This document shows positions 34,665 to 58,906 of a DNA stretch of 64,000 bases, piece by piece. Under the pieces are notes generated by a model. The model made no database searches. It was not told the DNA's origin and saw nothing but the letters and a program-made list of their open reading frames with translations. Position 1 is the first letter of the stretch. Every line of letters begins with the position of its first letter. The position numbers and the translations under genes were made by a program. The stretch is from the human T2T-CHM13v2.0 reference genome, Homo sapiens: the NCBI RefSeq assembly GCF_009914755.1, contig NC_060942.1. One strand, written 5' to 3'.

Positions 34665-35925
34665 TGACGACACAAAACATGATTGAGGTTTTTTTACATT
34701 CCTTTCTTCATGCTGAATCTTCAGTAACCAGCATGCACTTGACATTTAACAGTTCTCGATTCACAGCGGCCACCAAGTGCTCGGCAGCCCTCCGCAGCTG
34801 CCTTACAGGGCCACACAGGCTCAGGGAGAGGGGAACGACCAGGGCTCTGCAGGCAGGACACCTGGGTCAGACCCTGGCTGTGCTGCTTACCCACTGTATG
34901 ACCCTAAGCAAAGCTACCTGACCTCTCTCTGTTAACAGCTTCTTCACCTGAAACTGATGTAAGAGGTCACTAATGTTAGCCACCTCATGAGGTCACAGGG
35001 TTTTCAGAAAGGAACCCTCAGGCAGTGCCTGGTACACAGGTGTTGGGTGAATGCTGGCAAGCCCTCAGGTACACACTCCCTGCCCTCGCAGAGTCTGGAA
35101 GGCAATGGTTTCAGGAGCACAGGCCCTAGCCCCTCTCTTCTCCATAGCCTCCCTACCTCCTGGCTGGCTCTGCAGTATTCTGCACGTGGCTCATTCTCTC
35201 TGATGGACCAGAAAGTACTTCAAAACTGTCCAGTGTTTCAAGAGCCTCACCATGCTAACCCAATTCTCCTTTCAATAAACAGACCTTAGTTGTGCAGCGT
35301 GAGTCGTGTGAGTACAGACACTGAGACTGTGGATGGGTGGGAGAACTGGGGAGATTCTCACATCACTGCAGACCTCCTCAGTGCCTCACAGAGGGCTCAT
35401 CTGGACTGGGCTCTTCTGCATTCCTGTCTTTCACAGCTCAACACCTGGCTATCTGGCAGCCCTGACCTCTGTTCATATTCTGATTGCAAATGCGCCTTGC
35501 TCAAATCCTCTTGGGTGTTGAGACCAAACCGTTTATCACTCCCTTTCCTCCCCCTGCCCAGGGATGCCTTGGAGTCATTCTTGGGCTTTCTTCTCTTTTG
35601 TTCTCTATGAAGTCTTGGTTTTACAGCTCTGCCTTTGCCTTTTTATTTTCATGGCCACCCCTGCAGGCACCACCTGAGGAGTGTTGAGATGCCCCCACTG
35701 CTTCCAAGCTGGTCTGGTCTGTGTTCCTGTTCCAATCCAGCTGGCATGCTGCCACCACACTCTCCTGAAATGATCTTTTCATCATTTCTGCTCAAGATTC
35801 TTTAAGGACTCCTTTAAGAACTACTACAAAATAAGGAGGCTGGGTTAGATCATTTTTAAGATCACTTCTACTTCTAAAGCTGTGTGCCTCAACTTTCTAC
35901 CTAGCTCTGGAGGGCCTGGGACTTA

Positions 35926-36612
35926 TGAAAGGAAAATAAAATCTCGGGACCCTAAACGCATTATGCCAAGGGGAAAAGTTAAGCTTGGAAACTGAGTTGC
36001 ACAAGAGCTGCCTTCCTATTGTTCCTAAAGAGATGGCTGCAAAGACAGAAACCATTTATCTCCCCAGGTGGCCTCCCTCACTCATTGCTCACAAGGAGAT
36101 TCCTTGTGGGCCCTAAAACCTTTACCCTGAAACAAAGTTCTGCTGGATCTCACCCTGACAATGTAAGTTAACAGCTTATCTCACAGGAATGGACAAAGAC
36201 CAGACCAGAAATCATCCCTCTGCCAACCTGAGACAAATGTGTATTTGACTCTTTCTTCTACTCTATGTTTACTTTATTGCATGTAAAATGAGGATTTACT
36301 GAACAAGAGATGCATGCGTAACTGACATCCCTCTACTCCTCCTTTCACATGTCACATGTGGATTCAATGGGCAAAAATCAAGAATGCGACCACTCACCTT
36401 CACCACCTACCCTCCCCTTTTCTCCCTTCCTCCTTCCCTTCCTGCCACTCTTTCCCCTTTAAATATTCAAGCCCTCGAAGCTCTCTCTGGAAAAAGCAGG
36501 GACCACAGATCCCCTGTAACTGGTGTTTCTTTTTCCCTGGGTACATCCTCAACCTTGACGAAATAAACCTCTAAGCTGACAGAGATCTGTCTCAGCCACT
36601 CTTGGGTCTACA
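35926..36612 (+). mobile_element. MER4-family solo LTR (ERV1)
   Basis: Begins TGAAAGGAAAATAAAATCTCGGGACCC; has AATAAA near the end; ends ...TACA. Confidence 0.75.
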
Positions 36613-36943
36613 GGGTCCACCACCTGCAAGTGCAGCAGGCTCAGGGCTGCCCCCGGGCTCCACGCCGCACACTCTTCCTTCCCCTTCCTTCAGCTCTATG
36701 ACCTGCTCATCCTTCTGGGTACCTCGGCCCTATCTCCTGCAGAGCCGTCCTGGACCACTCTGCCCATGCTGGCCTTTTCTTCCTCAGAGCCCTGCTGCAT
36801 GCTTTCCAGTGTTTTGGGGATGCTGGTGCTCACTCATTTCACTGCACACTTTTGTGCACCGACAGCATGGATTCTTCTGAAGTCTAACATAGGGGTTATA
36901 GTCGGCTTCTTGAAGACTTGCTGATTGAACAGCATAATCTTAG

Positions 36944-37643
36944 TGAAGCTGCCTTTGCAAAATTATAACAGCAAGAGAAATTTGGCATGGCTGACTCCAT
37001 CTTGCTTCTAGCCTCACACACTGTCCTCGCTTGTTCCTGGGTGTGGGCCAAGCTAGCTTCGGGAGGAATTTATAGTTTAAATGATAATAGCACTTCCCCA
37101 AAACTAAACTACCCTTGTAAAACTAATGAAAGGCCACCAAATTAGGAGGATAAGAGGAGACTGCATTCTACTAAGATGTAGGCATGGTTAAATAATTACC
37201 AGCCATTATTATGGAGGTCAGATTTGCAACTTCCCCAATTACTCCTACAGATAACATCTACTGTAAAACTTAGGCTTGGCCTTTTGCGATAGCTTTTCAG
37301 CTTTTTGCATTTCTGACAACCAATGGCTCCACCTGGACTTACCAACTGGTCCTGTGGCCCCACTCAGAAACTGACTCAGCACAGGAGGATAGCTTCCATG
37401 CCCTATGATTTCACCTCTGCCCCAACCAACCAGCCAGCATTCCTCACTCCCTGGCCCTTACCTGCCAAACTATCCTTGAAAAACCCTGGTCTCCAAGGAG
37501 ACCGATTTGAGTAATAATAAAACTCCAGGCTGCCATTCAGCCAGCTCTGCATGAATTAAGCTCTTTCTCTACTGCAATTCCCCTGTCTTGAGAAACTGGC
37601 TGTACCTGGGCAGCAGGCAAAATAAATCTATTAGGCAGTTGTG
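36944..37643 (+). mobile_element. LTR8-family solo LTR (ERV1)
   Basis: Begins TGAAGCTGCCTTTGCAAAATTAT...GACTCCATCTTGCTTCTA; ends ...GGGCAGCAGGCAA...GGCAGTT; about 700 bp. Confidence 0.78.
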
Positions 37644-38189
37644 TCAATCCCTTATAAAAGGCTTTTACATTTGTGTTTTTCTCATTACAGTATAGAATAT
37701 TCAAAGTTTTTTTTAATTCTAATTTTTTTCACATGGACTCTGGAAAATTAAGAAGTTACCAAATGCAAGAAATCCACTGAGTTCAGAAAGGGTCCCTTCC
37801 TTTTGTAGGTGCTATCAAATGAGGTACAACAACGACAAACACAATGCTTTCTTGTGGAAGTTCATGAGCAAGCCACAAGCAAGGTAACTTTCACGTACCA
37901 ATTTCCTACTTAGCAGTTTGGCTGCTTCTTTTACTTGCCCTTTCATCTTTCACTACCTATTTATTTTAGAGGTGAAACACAATGGTAAACCAGGCAATCA
38001 TGCTTCTCATTAGGAGTACTGTGAACTATCTGGTGAGGGAGAGTCCTGATTTGTTTACTTTGTGGTTACTGACAGACTTCATTAATCATTCAGTCACATT
38101 CCTAAGAGCCACAGGAGCCGGGACAGTGTCAACTTCTGCTCACCACATTGCAACCCCCGCTTGAAGACAGAGCAGACAACGAAACATCA

Positions 38190-38531
<342 letters not shown>

Positions 38532-38624
38532 TTAGTGGTGATTACATATGATTGTTCTTTAACCAGACAAAATCTACACAGCAGCCTGGAGCCGGCTAAA
38601 GTGCACAAAGGTGCTCTGTGTAGC

Positions 38625-38645
38625 CAGCAGCAGCAGCAGCAGCAG
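38625..38645. repeat. (CAG)7 trinucleotide repeat
   Basis: Seven perfect CAG units, read directly. Confidence 0.95.
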
Positions 38646-38760
38646 CACAGTGCTTTAAACTCATGACTACAAACACAGAGCCAGAAGCCCAGGCATAACA
38701 CCTACAACAAAGTTAGGACGCAAATCCCAACTGTATGATATTATTACCTGATTTCTCTCT

Positions 38761-39218
<458 letters not shown>

Positions 39219-39953
39219 GATATTACTATCTGCACAAGAGAAAGTAGAGAAGAAGCAAGAAGCATCTGATAGACCTGAAGAAACAAGAACCCCCAGCTGC
39301 CAACAGGTTCTTCCCAGAAGGATGGCATGCCACTCACGCTGAGAACATGTGAGACCAGAAGGGCAACTGCATTTCCCCGTTCACTGAGTCCATGGGGCCC
39401 AGGGAACAGTCTGAAGAAGCTGATCCAGTCTGGACCCATGAGCCCCCAAAATTAACCAGCACCACAAAGGAGGAGGCTTCTGCAAGTAAGACCCAAACTC
39501 ACTGGAAAAAAGAGAAGGCCCAGATAAGAGTGGGGATCAAACAGCCAGGGATGCTTGGAAGGTAGGAAACCACATTCCTAACATTTCATGAATACAGTCA
39601 GAAAAGCTCCTAGACCTCCTCCCACCTAAGAGAGCAGCAGAACAAATTTCATGTAAAAATAGGCAATAGAAAAATCCCTTATAAAGTTATTATAAGAAAA
39701 AAATAAGCTGAATAGTTTCTCCAGAGATAAGAAAAGTGGGATGAAAAGACGTGTCAATATTAAGAGGAAATCCGTATCTTCTTATTTCAAAACAGGCTAA
39801 AAGAAATCAGGGAAATGACATATGATATGAAAGATCTACTTAAATCAGAACTAGAAAAGCTTCAATGAGGTGCTAGAGAAAAAATACATATCAAAGCCAC
39901 CACGCCCAGCCTGAAATAAACTTTAAATACTGTACTAAAAAAAGGTTTCTCGG

Positions 39954-41008
<1,055 letters not shown>

Positions 41009-41170
41009 AGTTTCTCTTCATAAGTTTTAATTGCTTTACTTCTTTTAAGAGATAATCCTTGCCTAAAAAGCCTAAAACAGTGAAGCACAACTATATTGTT
41101 TCAGAGCCATTCATAGAATGTCAATTTCTCGTGCAAATATGAATACATGAGGAGGAAATGCACTCTTTCA

Positions 41171-41494
<324 letters not shown>

Positions 41495-41571
41495 TCATCA
41501 GCCTTAGTGGGATGTGATCTAGCAGTGACTGCTCAGGAGGAGTATTTTCTCTCAGGATAAGTTCACCTTAG

Positions 41572-42033
<462 letters not shown>

Positions 42034-42239
42034 AAATTTCTTGTCTTTTTGTAAAACTCAATTGAAAGTATTCCATCTTGACATTCTGACAGTTCTGATG
42101 TTGTGCAAGCATGCAGGCTTCATTCAACTCTGCTGTCGGACGTGGCCACACCCTCCTTTGAAGGAAGAGGGGTACAGCAGGCCAAGATGCTCGGCAGCCT
42201 TTCCTTTCCAGTCCTCTTTTGCAATTAAGTAAATTCCTT

Positions 42240-44370
42240 TAATTTTTAAAAAATTCAGTTTATTGAGAGATGACATATATGGTAAAATGCACCCATCTGA
42301 AGTGTAGAGTTCAATGAGTTTTGACAAACATAACATCAAGCCACAATGAAGATACAGAATATTCTCATCATGCCCAGAAAGTTCCCTTGTACCCACTGGT
42401 AGGGAGTCTTTCCCTCCACACCCAACCCCAGGCAACCACAGACATGCCTTCTGTCCCTATGGATTAGTTTAGCTTCTAGAATTGCAAATAAATGAAATTG
42501 TATGGCACATACTTCATTGTTTGGCCTCTTTCCCTGTTTTTGAGATCCATAGATACTGCTGTATGTATTAATAATCATTCATTTTTACTGCTGTGTGGCA
42601 CTCCACTGCTACAAACATACCAAATATCCATTTCATTCTTGATGGAAGTCAGGGTTATTTTCAGTTTATTGATATTATACATAAAGTAGTAACAGTCTTT
42701 GCATGGACATAGGTTTTTATTTCTCTTGGGGAAATAAAAGTTGAATTGTTTGGTCACATGGAAGTGTTCGTCTACCTTAATAAGAAACTGCCAAACTGTT
42801 TTCCAAAACAATGGTACCATTTTACATTCCCTATTTTTGTTTTTGGCAGAGCTTCATTCTGTCCCCCAGGCTGGAGTGCAGTGGCACGACTGCTGCTTAC
42901 TGTAGCCTCCGCCTCTTGGGTTCAAGTGATCCTCCCCATCTCCAGTGATTCTCCTGCCTCAGTCTCCTGAGTAGCTGGGATTATAGGCGTTCACCATCAT
43001 GTCTGGCTAATTTTTCTATTTTTAGTAGAGACAGGTTTCGCCACGTTAGCCAGGCTGGTCTCAAACTCCTAACCTCAAGTGATCCGACTGCCTCGGCGTC
43101 CCAAAGTGCTGGGATTACAGGCATGAGCCACTGTACCCGGCCCCATTTTACATTCCTATCAATAACGTGTGAGCGTTTCAACTGCTCCATATCCTTATCA
43201 ACAATGAAGACTGTCTCTTCTTCATTTTAACCATTCTAGCAAGTATGTTCAGGTAGCTCATGGGTGAATTTGCATGTCCCTGATAAATAATGATACCCTG
43301 TGTGTGCTTAATGCCCACTCATATACCTTCTGGGAAATGCATGTTTAAATCTTTCGCCCATTGTTTTACTGGGTTGTTTTCTTATTATTGAGTTCTAAGA
43401 GTTCTTTACAGGTTCTAGAAATAAGTCCTTTGTCCTGTATATGTACTGCATGTATTTTTGGAGGGCGTGGCTTGCCTTTTTATTTTCTTAACTGTCTTTC
43501 AAAGAAAGAGAGTTTGAAATTTTGATGAGATCCCACCTATCAACGTTTTCTTTTGTGGCTCATGCTTTTTGTGTCCCAAGAAATTTTTGCATGGTCAAGG
43601 CCACAGAGATTTTTCCCTGTATTTTCTCCTAGAAGTTTGATGGTTTTAGTTCTTATGACCTGTTTCAAATAATTTTTTGCATATGATGCAAGGGTTAACG
43701 TTCACCATTTTTCCTGTGAATACTCTGTTGCCAGAACCACCTGTAGATAAGACAATTCCTCCCCCTTGAATTATCCTGGTACCTCTGTGAACCAAAAGTT
43801 TGTGGTTCACTTTCCGGGCTCCATTCCACCCCACTGGCCTGCGTGCCAGTCCTCTTACCAGCACTACACTCTCATCACTGTAGCTGCACAGTCTTAATAC
43901 TGGGATGAGTAACTTACTGTTTTGGCTACTCTTACTCATTTGTATTTCCATATCGGTTTTAGATTCAGCTTCTCAATTTCCACAAAAAAAAAAAATCTGC
44001 TATAATTACCAGAGATTGCACTGAAATTATCAATTAGTTTTGGGAGAACTGATGTAACACTCCATGAGCAAAGTCCACCTCTATTTTTATTTAGGGCTTG
44101 TTATCAATGTGCATGTCCTACAAATATTTTCTTAAATTTATTCCTCCATATTTCGAGTTTTTAGATGCTACTGAAATTGCTAATGAAATTGAATTTTTAA
44201 AATTTCATTTTCCAATTGTTTATTGCTAATACACAGAAATACAATTGGTCTTTGTATACTGACCTTGAATTCTTCAACCTTGCTAACTTTACTTATTAGT
44301 TCTAGTGGGTTCTCTGTGGGTTCCTTAGGATGTTTTATGGACACTCTAATGTTGTCTTCTCTATGGTTCC
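42240..44370 (-). mobile_element. Old L1 (L1MB-like) 3' portion with inserted Alu (~42835-43142)
   Basis: L1 3' UTR and ORF2 remnants (ORF 44180-44464 has NPLELISKVSKV...IQRPIVFL, L1 RT-like). TSD-like CCATTTTACATTCC flanks the Alu. Confidence 0.8.
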
Positions 44371-45069
44371 CTTGCTTCAGGGGACCCCCACACCCCTGGC
44401 CCGCCTCAATTCCCAGCAGCCCTGATACCCATCGCAAGGCAGGGAGGCAGCTGCTTTCTGTCATCTGTGCTGCAGCAGTTCGGGAAATGCCTCAGTTGAA
44501 AAGCAAAAAACTTAAAAATCTCACATGGTTCCCCCGTCTTTCAGGGGTAGATTTCTCTTTGGTCTCTGCTTACCCTTTTGCCAGGTTCTCTGGGATTGCC
44601 ACTGTGCATGTGTAGTTTAGTTGTCGGCCTGAGATTTGGGCAGTTCCTGCTCAGATTCGGGCCTCACCACTTGGTAGTTTTCTTGCTTCTGGGATTTTCC
44701 TGTTAAATTTCCAGTATTCTTTAAGTCCTGGACTATCTCCTCTACCACCTCAGGATAATAAAGACTATGTCTCATACCACTGTAGTGTGGAGATTATGAA
44801 AAACCCTTTGGCAAGAAAGCCACAGGCTCCCAGTTCAAACCCACTGCAGCTGCTGCTTTATAGGAGCAAACTCTCCAGCTCTCGCCTGCTTTTGGACACT
44901 CTGTGGTCCCTTTAAATAATTTTCTGTCCAAATTTTATATTTATCTATGGGACGGTTTGTGCAACTATGGTTACCAGAAGTTACCAGAAGTTTTGGCTAA
45001 AGCCTTGTTTCTTTCTCCTTTGCAGGAGTGTAGCTTGCTTCTTGAGTGACTGCAGCGAGCATCTGCTCA

Positions 45070-45276
<207 letters not shown>

Positions 45277-45368
45277 TTAAAAGACAGTTATACAGTGCTA
45301 TACATTGCCTTACCTAAAATGGGGTTTGGAGACTGAGCTGCCTATCACAATCCAAAAATTCCTAATCA

Positions 45369-45663
<295 letters not shown>

Positions 45664-47607
45664 ATTAAATTAAGTTAAAAATTTTTTTAAAAAATTAAAT
45701 AGAATTCCCAATCAAGGTCAGAATAAAAGCAAAAGGTCAGGTTCAAAATACAACTACAGCAAAAATGCACTCACTCCCCCATCCCCAGGCCTGCTTTCAC
45801 CCTAACTCTCTCACTTTTAAGCCACACACCCTGTGTTTTGGGAAACAAATAGAAATGTAAAATAAAATTCAGCATTAAGGTCATTTTAAAACACGCAAAA
45901 TTACAGAAACCAAAACTCTGGAAAGGTCCTCATTGCATAGTCTAGGTATTCAGAATTATCAAATACTGGGCACGCGAAGATGGCTGCCATAAGACACTAC
46001 CTGCTGTCTGTTCTGCTGGAAGGCAGAAGAGAGTCTGAGAAAGCAGGCAGCCAGTTCAACACCCGGAGCTACCTAGGTGGAGCCAGCCAGGCTGATGCTG
46101 GCGCACCCTCACCTAACCAGCCGGCCCTATGGCTCAGAGCAAGCCACAGAAGTGGCAGAGCAGACCCAGAGGGCAAACCCCAGCGACACAGGGCCCACAA
46201 GACCCGTGCTGCAGCCCGCGTCCACCACAGTGCTGACCGGACTCTAGTCTGAGCGTGATTCTTCTCTGGCCTGGATCAACGTGGGCTCTGCCCCTCACTC
46301 CATACCTCTGTGCTGTAAAAACTAACTGCGCCATTTGTACTAAAACAAATCATCACACAGTGGCAAAAGTAGTTTTGCCATGTTCATGGTAATCCACCTG
46401 AGAATTTCTCAGCTGATGTTAAGGAGACTGGAAGACAAAAACAAAAGCTGTGTTCCCAATGACACAACCCAAGACAAGCATATGTCACAGGGCGGGAAGT
46501 TACAAAACAGGAGTTAAGTCTGTCTGCCGATGAACACTTCTGGCTTACCTGTAAAAGCAAAGAAGCCTTCTTTCCCCACAGTTCACCTTAGGAGTCATTC
46601 ATTTTCTCAGTGCCTATCTCACTACACAACACTGCCTGCGGGGCCCAGCAGCTGCCTCAGAGCAAAACCTGCGGCTGCGTGGCTGCCCGCTCTGCCCTGC
46701 CCTCTCTGATCACTTCTCCTTAACCTAAAAAAAAGGCATAAATACACAGTTTTCACCTGTCTCTACAGTGAATTATTATATTTTGCTTCATTCCATTCAC
46801 AACTCTTACCATCTGAGGTTTACCTTTTCAATAACAAATTTATAGAATAAGAGGTCTGGTGATTCATTCATTCAACAATTCATTGTTTACTGGGCACCTA
46901 TCCCCGGCAAACCACATTGCTCTACCAGCCTCTATGTCCTCACTGGAAGCCCCACTCGTCTGGTTTTGTACCCTCTACTCAGATGAACTGTCAAAAGTCA
47001 CCCTAACACGCTCACTGCCAAATCCAAAGTTCCTCTTCCTCCTCCACATCCCTGTGCCTCGCCCTACTGCCAGCGCCTCATTTCCTGTCCCCTCCAGCCT
47101 ACAGGTCCCTGTTACTGGCACATCTTCCTCGCTTGTCTGCTGATGCACCTTCAGTGCTTGTGGTACACCATGAGCACGGGTGACCTTGCTGACTCACCTT
47201 TCTCTCCTCTTACCAAATGTGAGCACTGGGTAACATTTCCTCTGCAACTCCCTCTCTCCCAGGAGGGTGGCTCCAAGTGTCCCCAACCGCCCATCTCACT
47301 CCACCTGGCACACCCTGGGACCACCACTGCCTGTTCCCAAGTCACACACGCATACCCCTGCCCCGGCTCACATGCAGGACAGCTCATTCTCTACGAGCCA
47401 GCTGCCTCTGCAAGCGCCCCACACTCCTGCGGTCTCTCAGTCTGTCCTCATTTTTTTTACGGCTGTCACTGGTGCTCCCCCCTGATAAGCTGTGGGCTCA
47501 TGGTGCTCACAGTGATGACTGCAAGGTTCTCTGCCTCCATCCAGAGGCTTCCCTACTCTTCAAAGCCAGATTCATTCTCCTAAAATACCATCGATCATTA
47601 TGTTACT

Positions 47608-48821
<1,214 letters not shown>

Positions 48822-48872
48822 TGTTACAGATATTTTACACCCATCACCTGTATCTAGCACAGAGCACCTCTA

Positions 48873-49502
<630 letters not shown>

Positions 49503-50121
49503 TCATGATAACCCTAAGCTATTCTAGCGTTTAATGTAAGCCTGGTATAATTCTGGCCCTCTGAACTAAGATGAAAGTATTAGTAGTCAATAGATAATTA
49601 CAGGCAACTATTTACCTTAATAGACAATATAGCTCACATAATAGCAAACTAAGACAGCATCTAAAAATGCTCATTTAAATAACTTAGTTCTATCACCTGT
49701 GTTGGAAAAATGGCTTGCATAGATATTAGGTGAAGTACTGATATATGATGAAAAATCTAATTTTTATAATCACCTAGTACATTCAGTGAAACAACTAAAT
49801 TTAAATATAGCTAAAAGCTTGTCAAATGCTTTTTAGATCCATCTCTTTAAACTAACTTTTCAGTTAAGTATATGGTAGCATAAATAAGCTACAGCATACC
49901 ATCTGTGTTAAATAAACAAATATTAAAACATTATAAATTTCAAAGTCCAAAGACAAGTAAAAAGTTAGGATCCCTGGAACAAGATGATCATCTTCTGACC
50001 ACACTATTGTATATAATCTTTTCATACTTCTCAAACTGTTCTTTTTTTATTTCATTTTGCGTTCAGAAGGAGAGAAATAGGGAATGGGAAAGGATCATAT
50101 TTTACATTAAAAAATTATTGG

Positions 50122-51400
<1,279 letters not shown>

Positions 51401-51637
51401 AAAAAACGCTTAGGAATAATTCCTACAATATTTATAGAAAAAAATGATACATTGTCAAGAATTTTTCACAAAATACTCCAGAGGAAGCAGAAAGAGAAGA
51501 GGGTATAGATAAAAGTAAGGTCAGATGTGAATTAGTAATTGTTCCTGAAACTAGGTGACAGGTACAGATGGGTTCATTACACCATTTCCTCAAAATCTGT
51601 GTATGTTTGAAATTTCCCATAATAACAAAGTAAAAAT

Positions 51638-52412
<775 letters not shown>

Positions 52413-52514
52413 CTATTAAATGACAAGAGGCAGAAAGCAACAGTGCACCATCAGGAACATATGAGCACTGCAAATTCATAGCTACAGTAAACACATTTTC
52501 TATTCATTATCTAG

Positions 52515-52878
<364 letters not shown>

Positions 52879-53817
52879 TGAAAATAATCATATATTAGAC
52901 TTAAAAGTTTTACGAGTAAATTTCCTAAAGACAAATGACCAAATATTTAAATTTAACTAGAAATTTAACAGATAATGTCAATTTTAAAAATGTCTTAAAA
53001 TCAGATTAAATTGGCAAAGGATGTGTCTGACACCCTGGGCCACAGGACAACCAACTGCCTATCTGAAGGCAGAGATCAACCTCTACCTCCCACCTCTTCT
53101 CCACACTCAAATGGCTCAGTGTTACTGCCCATTTCTCAGTGTAAATGCCATGGTCCCAGGCCCTTCACCCTCAGGACCCTGGCACGGCAGGAGCTCCTGG
53201 GTGAATTTCCCTCAGATGTGGTGCTCCAATGTGAACGCAACAGGGGCTGACCATCGCGGGACGGAGGAGGCTTTCTACCTCCTTATTCTGCCCCTATGCC
53301 TGGCTTCATCATTGAAGCCAGTTCAGTACTGGCACTGTGCTTCCCCTTTCTGCACAAACAACCAAGCATCCACATTTTTATCTTCCAGCAGGAAGAACAC
53401 ATGACATCCTGAGAAGTGGCTTTCCTAAATGAAATAAAAGCTGGCTAGCATGGAAAGACTGCTACTCTCTTAGTAAAAAAGTATTCAAAATTTGCTAAAT
53501 TCACACTTGGTTAGGCTTAGATTTTCCTTATGCTTCAGAGATGGTGATGATTTAGAGAATGAGATGGTAATTCTTTTGTGACTCATTTCACCAATTCTTC
53601 TCTTATTCAAACACCAGACACAAACAGCATGTTAACACCGATATTAAGTTATGCAGGCTGCCAGGAAAAAATATTTTGCTATTATTTGTATTAGTATAAA
53701 AGGGCCTTTTAAAAGAGCTGTTTGTTTTAGGGAATGCTTTTTTTTGTTTGTGATACTCAATATTGGAATAAGGACTCTCATTTTGGGGACATGAAAGGCA
53801 TAAAAAGTGCAGCTTAA

Positions 53818-53940
53818 ACTCAGGAGACTGAGGCAGGAGGATCGCTTGAACCCAGGGGTCAGAGGATGCAGTGAGCCGAAATCACACCACTCACTTCAGC
53901 CTGGACGACAGAGTCAGACTCCATCTCAAAAAAAAAAACA
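53818..53940 (+). mobile_element. 5'-truncated Alu (right-arm fragment)
   Basis: Flanked by AAAAGTGCAGCTTAAA / AAAAGTGCAGTTAAA TSD-like repeats. Confidence 0.8.
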
Positions 53941-53952
53941 AAAGTGCAGTTA

Positions 53953-54676
<724 letters not shown>

Positions 54677-55906
54677 TTACTGTATATGTAATAAACACTG
54701 ATAATATCTGCTATTTTTGTAACATCAACAAATTAACATTACATATATACCTAAACAAAGACAACACAGTAGAGCTGTAAACTTTACATTCAGTTGAAAA
54801 GTTCAGACTTCTCTAGAGTTCACATTTCATGCCTAACACAGTTATTAACAAGCTGAGGCTACTAAGGAGTCTATGCAATCACACATATACAGTGAAGCCA
54901 AAGACCATCCAAGCCCATCAGCTCATCCCCAAAGAGGGGGTGACAGCCTTCGTCTGCCACCCACCCCACCACAGACCATCCTGATAGCACATACCCTCAG
55001 ACAAACCTGCAGTCAGGAAGAGGAGGAAGAGCCACTCAGCACCTCACCATCAGTCACCTGCCCCTTCAAGGAGCATCAGAGACAACTCTCCACCTGCCCA
55101 CTCCCACCCCCCCCCCGCTACTTCACTGGACAGAAGTCCAGGTCTTCCTGCCTGGATTTCTGGATGTTCATTCCTACACTGCTCTGAACACATCCCCTAA
55201 AATAACTGGTATCCTTCTCCAGCCTCCCCTCTGAATTCCAGATCTGTGACCTACAGACCCACACCTTCATAGTACATCCATCCCATCCCGGCATGAACAG
55301 GAACTCAGCCATTCCAGCAAGCCTTAAGCAGGAGTCTGCATCTTCCCCTACAGGCTAACTGGAGCTGGGGTCCACCTCACACCCCACTGCTGCTGCCAAA
55401 ATAACTGCTGGAAAAGCCCCTGCTTGCTGAGGCTCAGGCCTCGTGGCAGGCACTCCACCCCACTGTGCCATGGGTCTCCCCCAGCCTGACTGCCACTAGG
55501 CATGATGTCCTCAGTGATTTCCATCCATGTGGCTCTCGGTCTCTCAGTTCCCTGACCACCCCTTCATTCACCTTTTACTTCACTCTGACAAGACCAGCAC
55601 TGCCAAGGTTGCCTTTTAAACCACCATCTTCAAGTCATCTACTCTCTGAGCACCCCCTCCTATCATCTGGACCCACAGACACACTCAGGTATCTCACGCC
55701 AACTCTTTACCACTTCTCAGCTCTGCAACCCACCAGGCCCACCCTTCCCCACCACCCCCCACAGCTCCTCTCCTGTCTTCAATTTCCCCCCATCCACTTT
55801 ATATCTCATGGCCCATCATCATTAACACCCAACTCCCCCTCATTCCCTATTTTTCTATGACTTATCTGCACAACAACAGCAAAGTGTGAAATAGATGTGA
55901 AGGTGA

Positions 55907-57425
<1,519 letters not shown>

Positions 57426-57577
57426 GTCAATTCTTTAAATTGGTCTACTATAGGTAGCAGACTGCAGTCCTAGCTGGTGCGAGGGAAGGTGGGGTGGAAG
57501 TCACAGGCCTTGCTGAAGTCTTAGGCCTGGAGGAGAGCTCAGGCCAGGGACTGGTGAGAGGTCACTCTAGCACTCTA

Positions 57578-57826
<249 letters not shown>

Positions 57827-58578
57827 TTACATTTAATGAGAATTCCAGAAAAGTAAATTGTGTATCCACAAATAATTACAAGATATAACTCTGTCTCTAA
57901 ATCTTATTGATATATATTAAATATTACTTAAACATCTGAGCTATGGTAGAACATTTTTATATTAGTAAGAATAAAAAGATTATCAAAAATAATTTTGTTT
58001 CAAAAAATTTGGTAAGAATGTGAAATTTAAAATATTTCCTTTTTTTCCTAGGGCTGATTTTTAGACCTTTAGTCTAACAGTATGTAAAGGGTGACTTGGG
58101 CTAGGAATATACTAATAAATCTGCTAAGGTTTACTTAAATAATTTAAGAAGACACCAACACCACACTCCTGATTTATGTAATTCTTTTACTCTTTACAAG
58201 TAAAATTGGTTTTTGAGCTCAAATAATTAATAAACCCAACTTCTGACTTCTACTTTCATGTACACATCAGTACATTTTTAGCATGGTTGGACGTGCAACT
58301 TAAAACCTAACTGTGAATTTGTTTTTATTTCCACTGACTACCCACAAACAGTATCCTCTCTTATTTATAGACATACTACCACACTACCATATCCAAATAC
58401 TGTGAGGAGGTAGATAATATGGTCAAATGATATTTTTTCTAGGCTTTGTAATAAAACCTTAAGGTATTTTTAAAATTTTGCTTATTTTCTTCTTTAAAAG
58501 TTTCACAAATGAAGTAGAAATCTAACGACCAATGATGAACTTAACTTCAAAGAAAGATGTGTTTGCTCAAACAATACA

Positions 58579-58906
<328 letters not shown>

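Noticed and set aside
43646-44464. ORFs with L1 ORF2 similarity
   Set aside because: Fragmented ancient L1, not intact.
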